A DNA stretch of 64,000 bases from the NCBI RefSeq assembly GCF_036588685.1, contig NC_086382.1:56296001-56360000 (forward strand), read 5' to 3'. This document shows, one piece after another, positions 13,643-26,184 of this stretch (positions are counted from its first letter, which is position 1; the number at the start of each line of letters is the position of its first letter). The position numbers and the translations under genes are program-made. Origin of the DNA: Mytilus trossulus. Lineage: Eukaryota. A model generated the notes under the pieces. The model worked only from the letters and a program-made list of their open reading frames with translations. It was not told where the DNA came from and made no database searches.

Positions 13643-14968
13643 CTTTAAAGTTACAAATAGAAAAAAGTTGGAGATGTATACTTACAGTTACAAGACTTAC
13701 TTATAAAAAGTGTTTAACCTGCATTAAAATCAGATCTTTTTTATGAAGAAACACATAATAGATATATACTGTAAGAAGATGTGGTATGAGTGCCAATAGG
13801 ACAACTCTCCATTCAAGTTAGAAGTTGTTAAAGTAAATTATTATAGGTCAAAGTACAGTCTTTAACACAGAGCCTTGGCTCACACTGAACAGCAGGCAAT
13901 AAAAAGCCCCCAAAATGGCTAGCGTATAACTATTCAAGTCTAATCTACATGTATAAAAAAAAAAAGAAAAACGTGCGAATAAAATTTGTTTGCTTCACAA
14001 CCAAAAAGCCACATTTTTACATGAAATCCAGACATGATACTGAAACATGTAAAACATTATAACATGCTATGACTACTAAACAACAACATGAATGAGTATA
14101 AATATAAAGGGGACAAAATGTTATTAAATTTCTAATGCAACCATGTAAAACCACATATGCTCTGTCTTATACAGTGTACATTTTAAATTTTGTGTACAAA
14201 TGTAAGTAAAAAAAATAAATAAAAAAAAAATAAGATGTTTAAAATATCTGTGATAAAACTTAAAGAGGTGTGTGGCTTAATTATGGGTAGGGCAATTTTC
14301 TTTACTCTTTGTTTTTTTAAGTCATTTATCTCTATATATGGACACATAAAATCAGATGAATAAAGGATTAGCTCCTCCCATGTGCTTGTCAGTTTATATA
14401 ATGAGATGAATTGCAATTTGAATTTGCTTTTGTTTACCATGTTCACAAAATTCAATTATCAATTAATGGAACTCCATCCTGTAACAATATAATGATTCTG
14501 GGATTGTACAAAATGTGCAGATTGATAAATAATAGTTTAAAAACTGTAAATTTACATGTTTACGGGACATTCATTATGTGCATTACAACACAGTAGTTAT
14601 TATAGACTGCTACAAAATACAACACAATTAAAAAAAGATATAATCATGTATAATATAAAACTTTCATTAATTCTCTTTTTTATAAATTTATTGTCTTATA
14701 AGAAAATAAACTTTCTTACAGGGCAATAAATATGTCTTCTTGGCGCTACAAGTTTGTCGCTTATTAGTAGTGGTTGAGTGTCCCCCTTTTATTGAATGTT
14801 TTAGAATGGGGACATGTGGTTGGAACCCCATTTATAAATGGCTATATTTGCCCCTGATTAGTAAGACAGTGATTAATATCAGTAGAAATTTGGACATTTT
14901 TATGAGAAGACAATGATCAGAGTGAGATGCATTTTGAGAAAAAAAAAATGACACAATTCGGTATTTAC

Positions 14969-15245
14969 CTGCATGGTTTTCACCGTCTGTGACATCAAAT
15001 CCGTGGCATTCCGGGAATTCAACATCTGGAAGTCCATCTAGCTCATCAAAATCAGAATCTTGATCACTGGCAAAAGAATGAGAGCGTAAAAATTCGGGAA
15101 AATAGGAATTAAAACTGTTCCCACTAAAAGTACTTGTAGGGCTATCAGCTGGTTCTGGTACGTTTAAGTCTATGCTGTCGTCAGCAAATCTTATAGTAGG
15201 TATAGCTCGTTCCACTAAAGGAGCTGATTCTGTTGCTGTCGCCAT
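14969..15245 (-). CDS. PLD1: Phospholipase D1/2-like gene, first coding exon (MATATESAPL...DGENHA)
   Basis: ATG at 15245; donor G|GTAAAT at 14968; phase 1 joins in frame to the exon at 13642. Acidic low-complexity N-terminus. Confidence 0.8.
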
Positions 15246-15668
15246 GCATTACAGTCTCCTTATTTTATGCCAAAGTATTATTATTTGATAAGTTTCCAAA
15301 GTTAGATGAAGTTGTTTCAGTAGCGGAAATATACAAAGAGAGATAATAAAGGAAACAAGACGTTTCGGCCACGCAACAAGTTCGGCCTTGTTTTTTTGTG
15401 TGTTTTTTTTTTTTGCCTAATTTTAAAATCGTTTATATAAAAAATAATAGATCAATCATAGATGTATTTATAAACTTTTTCTATCTAACTATATATCACA
15501 CTGCTGAAACATATATGTTATAATCGTCCAGGTATCTTTGGACAAAGTATGTCCGTTAATACAGACAGACTTTAAAGAAAGCCGGACTGAAAAACTTGAG
15601 TTAATTTGTTGTTTATATTTATCAGGGACTTTCTATACTACATATATAGTATAGGAAGTTCCTGTATA

Positions 15669-16400
15669 TAGAGAATAATACATGGCAAAATCCGTATCAT
15701 ATGTCGTATCATCCCGAGACATCAATATCAGCCCGAGGGCCCTTAGGCCCGAGGGATGATATTGGTCGAGGGTGATACGGCATGTGATACGGATTTTGCC
15801 ATGTATTATACGCTTTATCATATATTTCAACAGAAGAGTTTTATATTATATGAACTGTTTTCTGATCCATAGCACTGGGTTACCTTCAGTTCTGCTTTTG
15901 TCTTGTTTCAAAGCTTTAAAATAACTGCTCAATTATTTATACGAAGCACCTAGGTTACCTTACAATCTGTTGTTTTGAAAATATTTTGTTTATTATTGTA
16001 TTATTGAGTGTTTTGTATTTTTTATAGTTGCATTTAGTGTGCCAAAAAAATTGTTGTAAAAACTTGATGTTCGTGACGTTACATACCAAACAATGACGTC
16101 ATTCAAAAATTGACCAATTTTTTTTTTATTTTTTTTTTTTAATATTTAAAAAAAAAAAAAAATTTTTAATAGAAAAAAAATTCTTAAGCAAAAAAAAAAC
16201 CCAAAAAAACTGACTTAAGTTTAAAAAAAAAAAAAAAAAAAAAAGGTATGTTACGGGTTTTACCATGCGATACGGGGTATGCGATACGGGTTTAGCCATG
16301 CGATACGGGGTATGCGATACAGGGTAGGTGATACAGACTGGAAAAAAGAACCTTTATTAGATATACAAAATAGCTGTATTTTGTACTAAATATATGATAA
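15669..16400. mobile_element. Non-autonomous element with a long terminal hairpin (Crypton/Helentron-like architecture)
   Basis: Hairpin ataatacatggcaaaatccgtatca...tgatacggattttgccatgtattat (~15675-15810); internal tttatcatatattt is inverted against the terminal aaatatatgataaa; atgcgatacggg repeats at 16245-16335. Confidence 0.55.
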
Positions 16401-17958
16401 ATATATATATATATATATGTATCTGATGAAATTGAAACGAGAGAGAAAGAGAATGTAAACAAAATTTAGCCTGGAAATTTTTTTAATTAAACGGCAATAT
16501 TAATATGAATTCAACGGGTTTTTTTATTCAATATTATTGTACAATACTTACTTGTGTTATACAAACAAAACAAACAGTTCAAATAAGATATTAAAAGACA
16601 TATATTAGCCCAATCTTATTTGAAATACCTTGTATCATCAGAAAACACTTTATCCCGAATCTTCTTGTACAGTGGCATCTTTGATAAAGAAAGACAATAA
16701 TGATTCCAATTCCTCTAAAACTGACCACAACTTTTCGGCAATCAAATGCAATACAAAGAATACATCATCGGTACTCATTCGATTGATTCAAAATAAACAC
16801 ATCCCAAGCCGCCAATGGTAAGGTTTTCAAATTTTAAATCAGAGCTTAATATCATGAAAACCTCACTGCCTATCGATCATGCTAAAATATTGATAATACA
16901 ACATTACGTTTGCAATGTAAAAGAAATCACCGGTACAGCTTGAATACGAACAGTTAAATAATATGGAATTTAAATGAAAAAGAATCCATACAGTCATATA
17001 ACAGAGTTATGCCTTTCTTATTCTCCAAAAGGTGAATTTTCACGACTCATATTTGTGACAACACGTACTTTTGATTGGCGAGATGAACGGAAAAATGAAA
17101 ATCAAAAGATCATATCAGAACAAAAATTTCTCAGTTTCTTCAGATTTGGATGAGGAAAACTTCAGTTAGAATGCGGAAACGAAAATGTGATGGACGGACG
17201 GAAAGCCGGAAGGACCGTCGATCAAGGATAACATTGTTGACCAGAGCAGGGACGAGCATTATCTCTTCACGAATGCGGGAAGCATCTCCGCAACGAAATG
17301 ATGAAAAAATAGTAGCTAAGTCATAAAGAAATGCGGTTTTATTTTGACCAATTCAAAGGATAGGATATGAAAGCAAACCGATAATTCTGTAACGAAAGAT
17401 GACAAAAATTCGTTAAAAGGACGCAATAAATCATGTTAACAATGCAAGTAGGAGAAAGCCGTTACTGAGAAAATAATAATTTAAATAATGCCACTTCAAA
17501 AATAACAAACTTTTCGAGTAGAAAACTTTGAGGTATTACGATTATAAAGAAAAACATCATAATCTGTTATGATTGATCAAAGAAAACCAACACACCAGGG
17601 AAAGGAAGTTTAACAACAATTAACCATGCACTTTTGAAGCAATAGAAGAATAGTACGTGTTAAAAATGTTTAAATTAGAAAATAAAAAAAAATAAAAATA
17701 CACCTCATCACCATCGCGTGAATAAAATAAGTTACGTGAAACATATATTCAAATAAAACTGGATTTAAAAAACGTCTAAATAAAAACAAACAGTGATAAT
17801 AAATAGCTGAAATAAAGGTCCGTAAGAATTTAAAATTAATGGTTACAGTTATTATAAGTAGATTTTAAATGTACCATCTAGCAAATTGTTCATCTTTCTC
17901 AGAAGACACACACACATATGTCTATCTTCAAAAAAAATCACAAACTTTTAAGGAATGA

Positions 17959-18000
17959 CCAAGGATTTTTTTAGTGAGATCTCACTATACAAATCCTTGG
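17959..18000. mobile_element. 42-bp palindromic mini-insertion with a 5-bp TSD (AATGA)
   Basis: ccaaggattt...agtgagatctcact...aaatccttgg flanked by AATGA; an empty-site copy of the host sequence lies at ~4711-4745. Confidence 0.75.
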
Positions 18001-21000
18001 AATGACTAATATTTTTTTCTGTCTATGAAGAAAAAAAACCTAAAATGTGTTGCTAACTGAATAACCTGCAGAATTCACATGCACACATATATTTCTATCT
18101 TTCTTAGAAATCACCCACATATACATGCAATCCTACCACACATTTTTAACATATCTAAATAAAAATCTAATAGTGTTTAGACGAAACGCAATAAAATAAT
18201 TCCCCAAAGATTTGGCTATCAATGAAATCTGCTTTCGCTTGCCATGTTCCAACTAATGAACATGACACAGTCAGACATCAACATCTTTTAAAAACATAGA
18301 TATATTACCAGGACAATTTTGGTCAAGCGGGAGATTTTAGGGGTAGGCAGTGGCTGATCCAGAACTTTTCCCAAAGAGGGCCGCTGACTGACCTAAGAAG
18401 GGGCCCGCTCAATCATGTTTCAATGATTCCCTATATATAATCAACCAAATTTTTCCCACGAAAGGTGGGACCCGTGCCCCCGCCCCTGGATCCGCCTATG
18501 CCACGGTGGAGAGGAGTATTAGAAATAAACAGTCTGGTCTGTTAAAGACTCTAAATAACCAACTATTTTCAAGACCGGAATAAATGAAATATTCTAGCAA
18601 AAGATTGAAAAAAATATTCATTCCACTAATAATCCGGGGCCGGCGCTCCGAAAATCAAATATTCTAAATTCCCTTTTTTTTACCCACATAACTTTATATA
18701 TTTGCTTGAATACTAAATAACCAAAGAGTTGCATACGCATTTCTCTACACATTTGGTCAATAAATTCACAAATACAAATAAATACAAAATCATTTAAAAT
18801 CTATGTAAATTGGGAAGCAATACTTCATACAAAATTCGTGTTGTATACAATGTCCTTGACCTATGTTTACCTTTTATATTGAATGTTGAGCAAATTCAAC
18901 ACAAGTTAACCAATTATCCAGACCATGTCATTTTACACAGTGAAACAAGAACATATCTATAAAGGTATTTAGTGGTGTATGACTGAACTAAAAAGTGGAG
19001 ATGGATGACTTCTGAAAGTGACAGGCAAAACAAAAAAACTTCTCAAAATCCTTATTCGGTCTAGGAGTTAGTCACCCTTTTAATTTTTTATTCTTAAATA
19101 TACATATTTTTTTTTTTATAAAAAACAAAAGTTGAAAGGGGAAGGCCATTTCCCTGCCCCATTGGGTCCACACCTCATATATACAGTAATGTCATATACA
19201 ACAGCAATACTATTGTATTATGAAAGAGAGGCGAAAGATACCAGGGGACAGTCAAACTTAGATAGACTGACAACGCCATGGCTAAAAATGAAAAAGACAA
19301 ACAGACAAAGAAGAGTACACGTGACACACCATAGAAACCTAAAGATTAAGCAACACGCACCCCACCAAAAACTGGGGTGATCTCAGGTGCTCCGGAAGGG
19401 AATGCAGATGCGACGAGAGAGACCAAATTCGACGACAATAGGGCATATAACATGTATAGTAAAACATACAGACTTCTACAAAAGACATGTCCCAAAAGAG
19501 TATATCAAGCCCATAATCGGCCTAGCATGTATTACTTTGCATAAGTGAATGCATTTTGCGAAACAAGCAAATGCATTCGTTGCATTGAAGACTATTGGTG
19601 TCCTTCGGCTGTTGTCTGCTCTTTGGTAGGGTTGTTGTCTCTTCGACATATTACCCATTTCTTTTCTCAACTTCAAATTAGAGATCTACCACTTAACTCT
19701 AAATAAATGAGAGAAAAACCATAAAGATGTGACATAAGTAAACCAAAGGCTATACCCCTGATTTGATATATGATGATATGGACCTCTACCTAACTTTCTT
19801 AGCTACTGAACCTGTGTACCTTTTCTATCGATCAAGCCGAAACCAGTGGCGGATCCAGAAATTGACATAAGTTTGGACCCACTGACTGCTTTAGAGGGGC
19901 CCGCGCCAGTTATGCTTCACTAATTCCCTATATATAATCAACCATTTTTTTCCCACAAAAGGGGACCCGGACCCCTTTCCTTTCTAAATCCACCCCTGGA
20001 CACAACTTGGGACCCTGGGTTTTAGATAAGTGCTGTCAAAAATACTTACTCCTCAGTAACAGACATATCCACGACTAGAACGTTATCTTAGTGTAACACA
20101 CTATTTTCTCATTTTTATATATATCCGTATAAGTAAAACTGAATTCAATACTATTCCTACATTTCTATGAAATGATTTATACAAAACTAGTCATATATAT
20201 TTTCTTCCAGATGTTACAGTAGCACGTGGTTTGTAGGATTCGCTCGGTTATAATCATTGATTCTCTATATAAGTCATCCAGCAATTTAAATAATTCAAAT
20301 TAAGTATTTGCTATTGTTATAAATTAATACTTCCCGATTTTTTTATATGTAGTAAATGGTCGGAAACGGATATTATACTATATCTACCGCTTGTAGGGGA
20401 TTTTGAACAAAGGTAAAATAACATAAACATCACTCCCATCGAAAAAGGAATTACAACACACAGACAAGATGAAATCGAACTTCAAAGCCTTCAATTAAGT
20501 GATGAATTGCTTATTTGTACATACACAAACCACGTAACAGATGAACAGATACTGCCTATTTTATACATTGTACATAGTTATTGATCCAATTAACTTATAT
20601 CATCGTTTGTCTTATGGTGATGTGATTAATTCTTTATGAAGCAAATCGTCAATGGTACAATTAAGGATAACACAAAAGCGTGACAGACTTTTTCGCTACA
20701 CTTCCACAAAATCGGATCAAACCAAAGCCTGTTTATGTAATAAAATGGTCCTTTGAAACAACAATCCGATCAGCAAATATATGTGTTGCAACTCAAATAA
20801 AGCATTCTAAAATGAAAGGTAGATATGATAGATAAACTTACAGGTAGTTCAAACTGTGATGAGATAATTGAAGTTCTTGATTTCGTGCTAGATTCTTTTA
20901 CGGTGCATGGAGTTGTTTATAGAGCCCGTACATTTAGTTGCGATCAGTATGAACACATCTCCTTGTCTTTACTACGAAATTTTACTTAGCCTAGGGAGAG

Positions 21001-21615
21001 AGATGATTCCGATTCGTCAGTTTTCAAAGTACAAATAATTTCTACATCGCAAAAAGGTACTGTAAGTTGAACCATGGTAACACACTATCAATTGTAGATG
21101 TAAATGTAAAATCCAAAACCTCACACAAGTTACCCCTTATCTTTCAATATTGGACAAGCAAACTTCAATTTACATAAGACCGTTAGTTCTCCGTTTGACT
21201 GTTTTACATTGTCTTTTCGGGGCCTTTTATAGCTATTATGCGGAGAGTTGTCTCATTGGCAATCATACCACTACTTTTTGTATATATTCAAGACAAACGA
21301 ATAAGATCGTAGATCGCTGCGACGGTATACCACTTACATTGCATTGCCATATGGAACAAAGTTCTATCTTTGGGGCTTGTACATGTACCCTTCTGATAAA
21401 ATAAAAGACAGTTTAAAAACTTTTGATAAAGGAAAAATTACTAAACAAAAACTCTTTAGGTTTCGTAAGTATATCAGAATAGCATATCTGAACATTGGAC
21501 ATAGGGGTTGGATTAGGTGCCCATGTTAGTACAAACTAACCTGATAATAAGACCTAATTCCACAGGTAGCATTCAGGGAAAAAAGGACGGGAATGTAGTA
21601 ACGACATTTGGAAAA

Positions 21616-23082
21616 TAAAGTAAAGTAAAGTAAAGTAATCTTTATTTAAAGTCGGATTGCATATATATACATAATAACAATGAACATGAGCTCTTAAGAG
21701 CTCTTTAACCGACTGATATTAATAAAACAAAACATACATGTAATAACATCAGACACACATACAACACAAACATGCAAACAGACAGCACATATATATATAT
21801 TAATACATAGATAGCACATGCAGAATAAAAGCTAAGCAAGATAGATCAAAACAAATGTCTAATATCAGCACATATACAGTAGCACATAGTATTTATATAA
21901 CAGTAGCACATGCAAACTTAAACACTTTAAGCACAAACAAAAGACTGCATGCAGCTTATTATAGCAAAGGTAATGCATAAGCAAAAGAAATAAATGGCTA
22001 AATAAAAAATAACAATAACTGCAAAAAATAAAACATTAAAAAAAACCAAACAAACAGCAGGCTTCGAGATCAAGTTATGGGGCAGCAAGTAAGTACATTA
22101 TTTACAAGAACTGCATGTACATTTTTCTGAAAAACACATGCAGGTGGAGATAAAATTTTTGAACTGGCCAAAAGTTGATAAGCTCCTTGCCTCATTTGGC
22201 AAGGAGTTCCAGAGTTTTGCTGCCTCATAACTAAAGTTTTTCTTACCATACCTTGTTGTTTTTGGCCGTGGTATATCTGCTATGCCTTTGTACCTGAAGT
22301 TATATGAATTTTCTTTAATATTTACTAAATTATGTAGGAATTCTGGACTTGATTTATTTATTATTTTATATGTCTCTAATGCCATGGTTCTCAATCTTCT
22401 GATTTTTAGTGCTGTTAGCTTAGATTGTTCAAGAAGTGTATTGTAAGAATTTGTGTAGTCGTCATAAATAAATCTGAGTGCTCTTTCTTGTATTTTTTCT
22501 ATTTTCTTTGTGTTCTGTTCACTGCAGAAGTGCCATGTAAGGGGACAGTAGCTGAGGTTTGACATGATAAATGAGTGGTATATTGTAAGTTTTGAAAGTC
22601 TGGTGAGATGAGTGCCAATTCTTTTTAGAACGTTTAGTTGTCGTGCACCTTTTTTGCAAATATTTGAGATGTGAGTGTTAAAATCCAGTTTAAAGTCTAT
22701 TGTTACACCGAGAAGTTTCACTTCGTCGTCACATTTTATGTTGAATCCATTTAGGTTGAAAGTAATATTTTGAGTGTGTGTTTTTTTACCTATGGAAATT
22801 GCCTGGAATTTTTCTGGGTTTGCCTGCATTTTGTTGAAAGAGAACCATGAGATTAGGGAATTACTGTCTTCCTCTAAGGGTTTAATAACTGATTCCAAAG
22901 TAGTACCTGTTTTTGAGAGGGTGTTATCATCAGCATAGTTGTATAAATCACAGTGTTTGACAAAAAGAAAAATATCATTTATAAAAACATTAAATAATAC
23001 AGGGCCTAGTATAGATCCCTGAGGAACACCTTTATATATATCTTGCATTTGACTGATACTCTGGCCTATTTTTACACACTGT
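21616..23082 (-). mobile_element. 5'-truncated non-LTR retrotransposon (CR1/L2-group LINE)
   Basis: RT ORF plus ~480-bp 3' UTR ending in AATAAA and a (TTTAC)n microsatellite tail at 21616-21637. Confidence 0.85.
22098..23082 (-). CDS. LINE ORF2 reverse transcriptase, C-terminal part (uninterrupted, 5'-truncated)
   Basis: Motifs GVPQGSILGPVLF, YADD, N.EK, KLLGVTID..L.F..HI and WNSLP, typical of CR1/L2-group RT. Confidence 0.9.
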
Positions 23083-24475
23083 AAAATATCCGCTTTCATC
23101 TTAGAAACGCCGGGGTACATACCTGAATATATTGTATATTTTCCTGTCGATAGAAATTATTCTTGCTGTTTTATTTTTTTGTATCTCTATATAATATGTT
23201 GAATGTTTTACCTGTGGATAGATAGATGTTAATCTTGATAGCCTATCCGTTTTGTACACAGGCACTTGTCTCAGAAAAAAAAATACCTATATAACTTATA
23301 CCTTAGTGTTATACTAAGGTATAAGTTATATAGGTAATTGCCTGTGGTTTTGTATCTATGTTAACTAACTCCCCCTGATGCCATTCTTTCTAGCCAAATC
23401 GATATATTGTATTTCTTTATTCTTGATAAATAAACACGTAACATGATTTTAATTTTATAACATATTTAATGAATGAAGGAGATCCCGGTCTAAAAGACAT
23501 GAAACGTATATCACATTTGTTTTCATTGGTCCTTTCTTCAAGCATCATATGAATCAATACATGGTAAATATAACAGGTTTTTCTAAAAACACGTGTTGAT
23601 GTAAACAAACACACGTGTTTTACACCCCAAAATACATATGATTCCTTACAGGGGCGGATCCAGGATTTTGGAATGAGAGGGCGAATGTTTTAAATATCAC
23701 CTCGCTCCGCTAAAAAAATTTGGGACCTTTTTTGTGCCGTTTAACATAAAAATAAGTGTAACGGTTCCTGGCGTGGGCCATGTATATTTAATAGTTACTG
23801 TAAAGTGTAAGGGTTGGACATTTTTGTTGCTGTATTCTCCCTATCAATTGCCTATCATAAAATGATAGTATGGATCCAAAGCTATGTATGATGTGAGACT
23901 TGTCAGTAAAAAATAGACAGGTAAATTCTCGCCGGTTTGTTCTTGCTGTAAACAAGATATATACAACGGGCTATCCGATGAAATTTACAATACGACCGAC
24001 TCGAGTTAAAAAAGAGAAACAAGCATTTTTTATCCAAATGTTGGTTGATATGTATCACCCAACAAAACTAAGGGAAGTGGAGTTTCCAAATCAACCAAAG
24101 GCTACGAAAGCCTGAGTCTAAATGAACACGAATTTACGAATGACGGTCGACAAATGGAGACACCCAGCAGACAGGTTACAGGTTACAGTCTGGTCTTGAA
24201 AAAAAATATTCAATACTTAAGTCCGGCGAAACAGACATTCCGGTCAGACATGCACACCTTAGCCACAAAAAAAATCCCCCCTTTTTTATTCATCATAGAT
24301 ATAGGAAGATGTGGTGTGAGTGCCAATGAGACAACTCTCCATCCAAATAACAATTTAAAAATTAAACCATTATAGGTTAAAGTACGGCCTTCAACAAGGA
24401 GCCTTGGCTCACACCGAACAACAAGCTATAAAGGGCCCCAAAATTACTAGTGTAAATCCATTCAAACGGGAAAAC

Positions 24476-24824
24476 TATAACCAGGAAGATTTGGGCTATT
24501 TGCGATTACAAATAAATTAGGATCAGACAATATATTTTAAGTGCTATAGTGACAATTTATTAATCCGTTTATCAAACCTTTTACATTTCTTTGTGTCTAA
24601 TTAATTCTATTGTTAATTATATGTTTGTCGTGATGGAAATCACTCTGACCATGACAAGTTAACTAATCCTTTGATATAGAAACTGTTTTCTATATATGCT
24701 TTTGTGTGTTATGTTGTAGGGAGTTTAGGTCTTAGGTCTGGTACTGTCCGGACCTTGCTAATAAAGTTTAAAGTATTGGTATTCCGTCTTTGAATCACTA
24801 TAACACGGAAAACGCCCGGTTATA
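24476..24824 (+). repeat. 5' LTR (TATAACC...GGTTATA)
   Basis: About 3 nt differ from the 3' LTR by eye; contains TATATAT and AATAAA. Confidence 0.9.
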
Positions 24825-24878
24825 TATTGGTTGAGGTACCCGCGGCACGATTCTGAGCTAGTCCCCCCAAACTAGTAA

Positions 24879-25744
24879 ATGGATACCTTCAGAAACAACA
24901 ATATGGAAGGAACCTGGAATTACCAGCCTTGCAGAAATGGTCATCCGTTTCCGATAAGAAAAGAAGATACCTGTTTGGACTTTATGTGTAAATATTGCGG
25001 TAAGGCATTGAACGTTTTCACCTACCATCGGTGTTATGCAGTTAACGCTCATTGTTACAAGTGCAGACATCATGGACATTTTGCCCGTATGTGTAGTTTT
25101 CACGCTAAGTCATGTGAAAACCCAAAACAAAAGAAGAAGTCAAAATCTAAAATGCAAAGAGACAGCGACCGCATGAGAACGTTTATCGAGAAGAAGCAAA
25201 TGTCTCAATTTCCGTTTCAAGGACTTGAGGACAAGGAAATATCTTCATTTACGTGCACCATACAGGACGAATCCACGAAACAGCACATAAACAAGTTAAA
25301 AGTGTCTAACCGAAACTTCATCAAAGAAATCGCTGAGCTTAAGGCTGAAATTCTAAATTGGATACTGTAGTGAAAGATAACGTGATATTAAGGAACAATT
25401 TGGACAAAGTATATTTGGAACGTTCAGAACATGGCCGAATAATTCAAAAGATCGAACATGAATTAGCCGAACATACAAGTAGAACTGAAAATTTTGAAAA
25501 GGAAATAATGCGATTGAAAGAGGAAAATCGAAGTTTAACGAACACCCGATACCGTTTAACTATGGATTTAAAAAGTAAAGACATGCAAGACTGCCATGTA
25601 ATTAAAAATCTTAAGGACGAAATTCAAAAACTGAAAAAACAGAAAAATGACGATCTACGTGAAAATCAAGATTTACTTTCTGAACTTTCAATCGCCGAGT
25701 CTCAACTTGAAAAATGGCGTGCAAATTATCCGAACAACAACTGA
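24879..25744 (+). CDS. Gag-derived Zn-knuckle plus coiled-coil protein, split by one frameshift near 25355
   Basis: CKYCG...HRCYA....CYKCRHHGHFARMC (CX2CX4HX4C) in ORF 24879-25370; heptad-rich ORF 25358-25744 continues in the -1 frame. Confidence 0.7.
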
Positions 25745-25835
25745 CATCAACACCCACGACGAGGAGGATACCCAAGACGATAACAAAATTTATTCGGCAA
25801 ACTCGGAGACCGAGTTTAGGTGGAGTAGTGGCGAA

Positions 25836-26184
25836 TATAACCAGGAAGATTTGGGCTATTTGCGATTACAAATAAATTAGGATCAGACAATATATTTTAA
25901 GTGCTATAGTGACAATTTATTAATCCGTTTATCAAACCTTTTACATTTCTTTGTGTCTAATTAATTCTATTGTTAATTATATGTTTGTCGTGATGGAAAT
26001 CACTCTGACCGTGACAAGTTAACTAATCCTTTGATATAGAAACTGTTTTCTATATATGCTTTTGTGTGTTATGTTGTAGGGAGTTTAGGTCTTAGGTCTG
26101 GTACTGTCCGGACCTTGCTAATAAAGTTTAAAGTATTGGTATTCCGTCTTTGAAATACTATAACACGGAAAACGCCCGGTTATA
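25836..26184 (+). repeat. 3' LTR (TATAACC...GGTTATA)
   Basis: Direct repeat of 24476-24824 at an offset of 1,360 bp. Confidence 0.9.

Larger units (their letters stand above)
24476..26184 (+). mobile_element. Non-autonomous LTR retroelement (1,709 bp, no pol), inserted into an interspersed repeat
   Basis: 349-bp direct repeats at 24476-24824 and 25836-26184; AAAC TSD (24472-24475 / 26185-26188); PBS-like TGGTTGAGGTACCCG after the 5' LTR; purine-rich tract before the 3' LTR; Zn-knuckle ORF. Confidence 0.9.
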
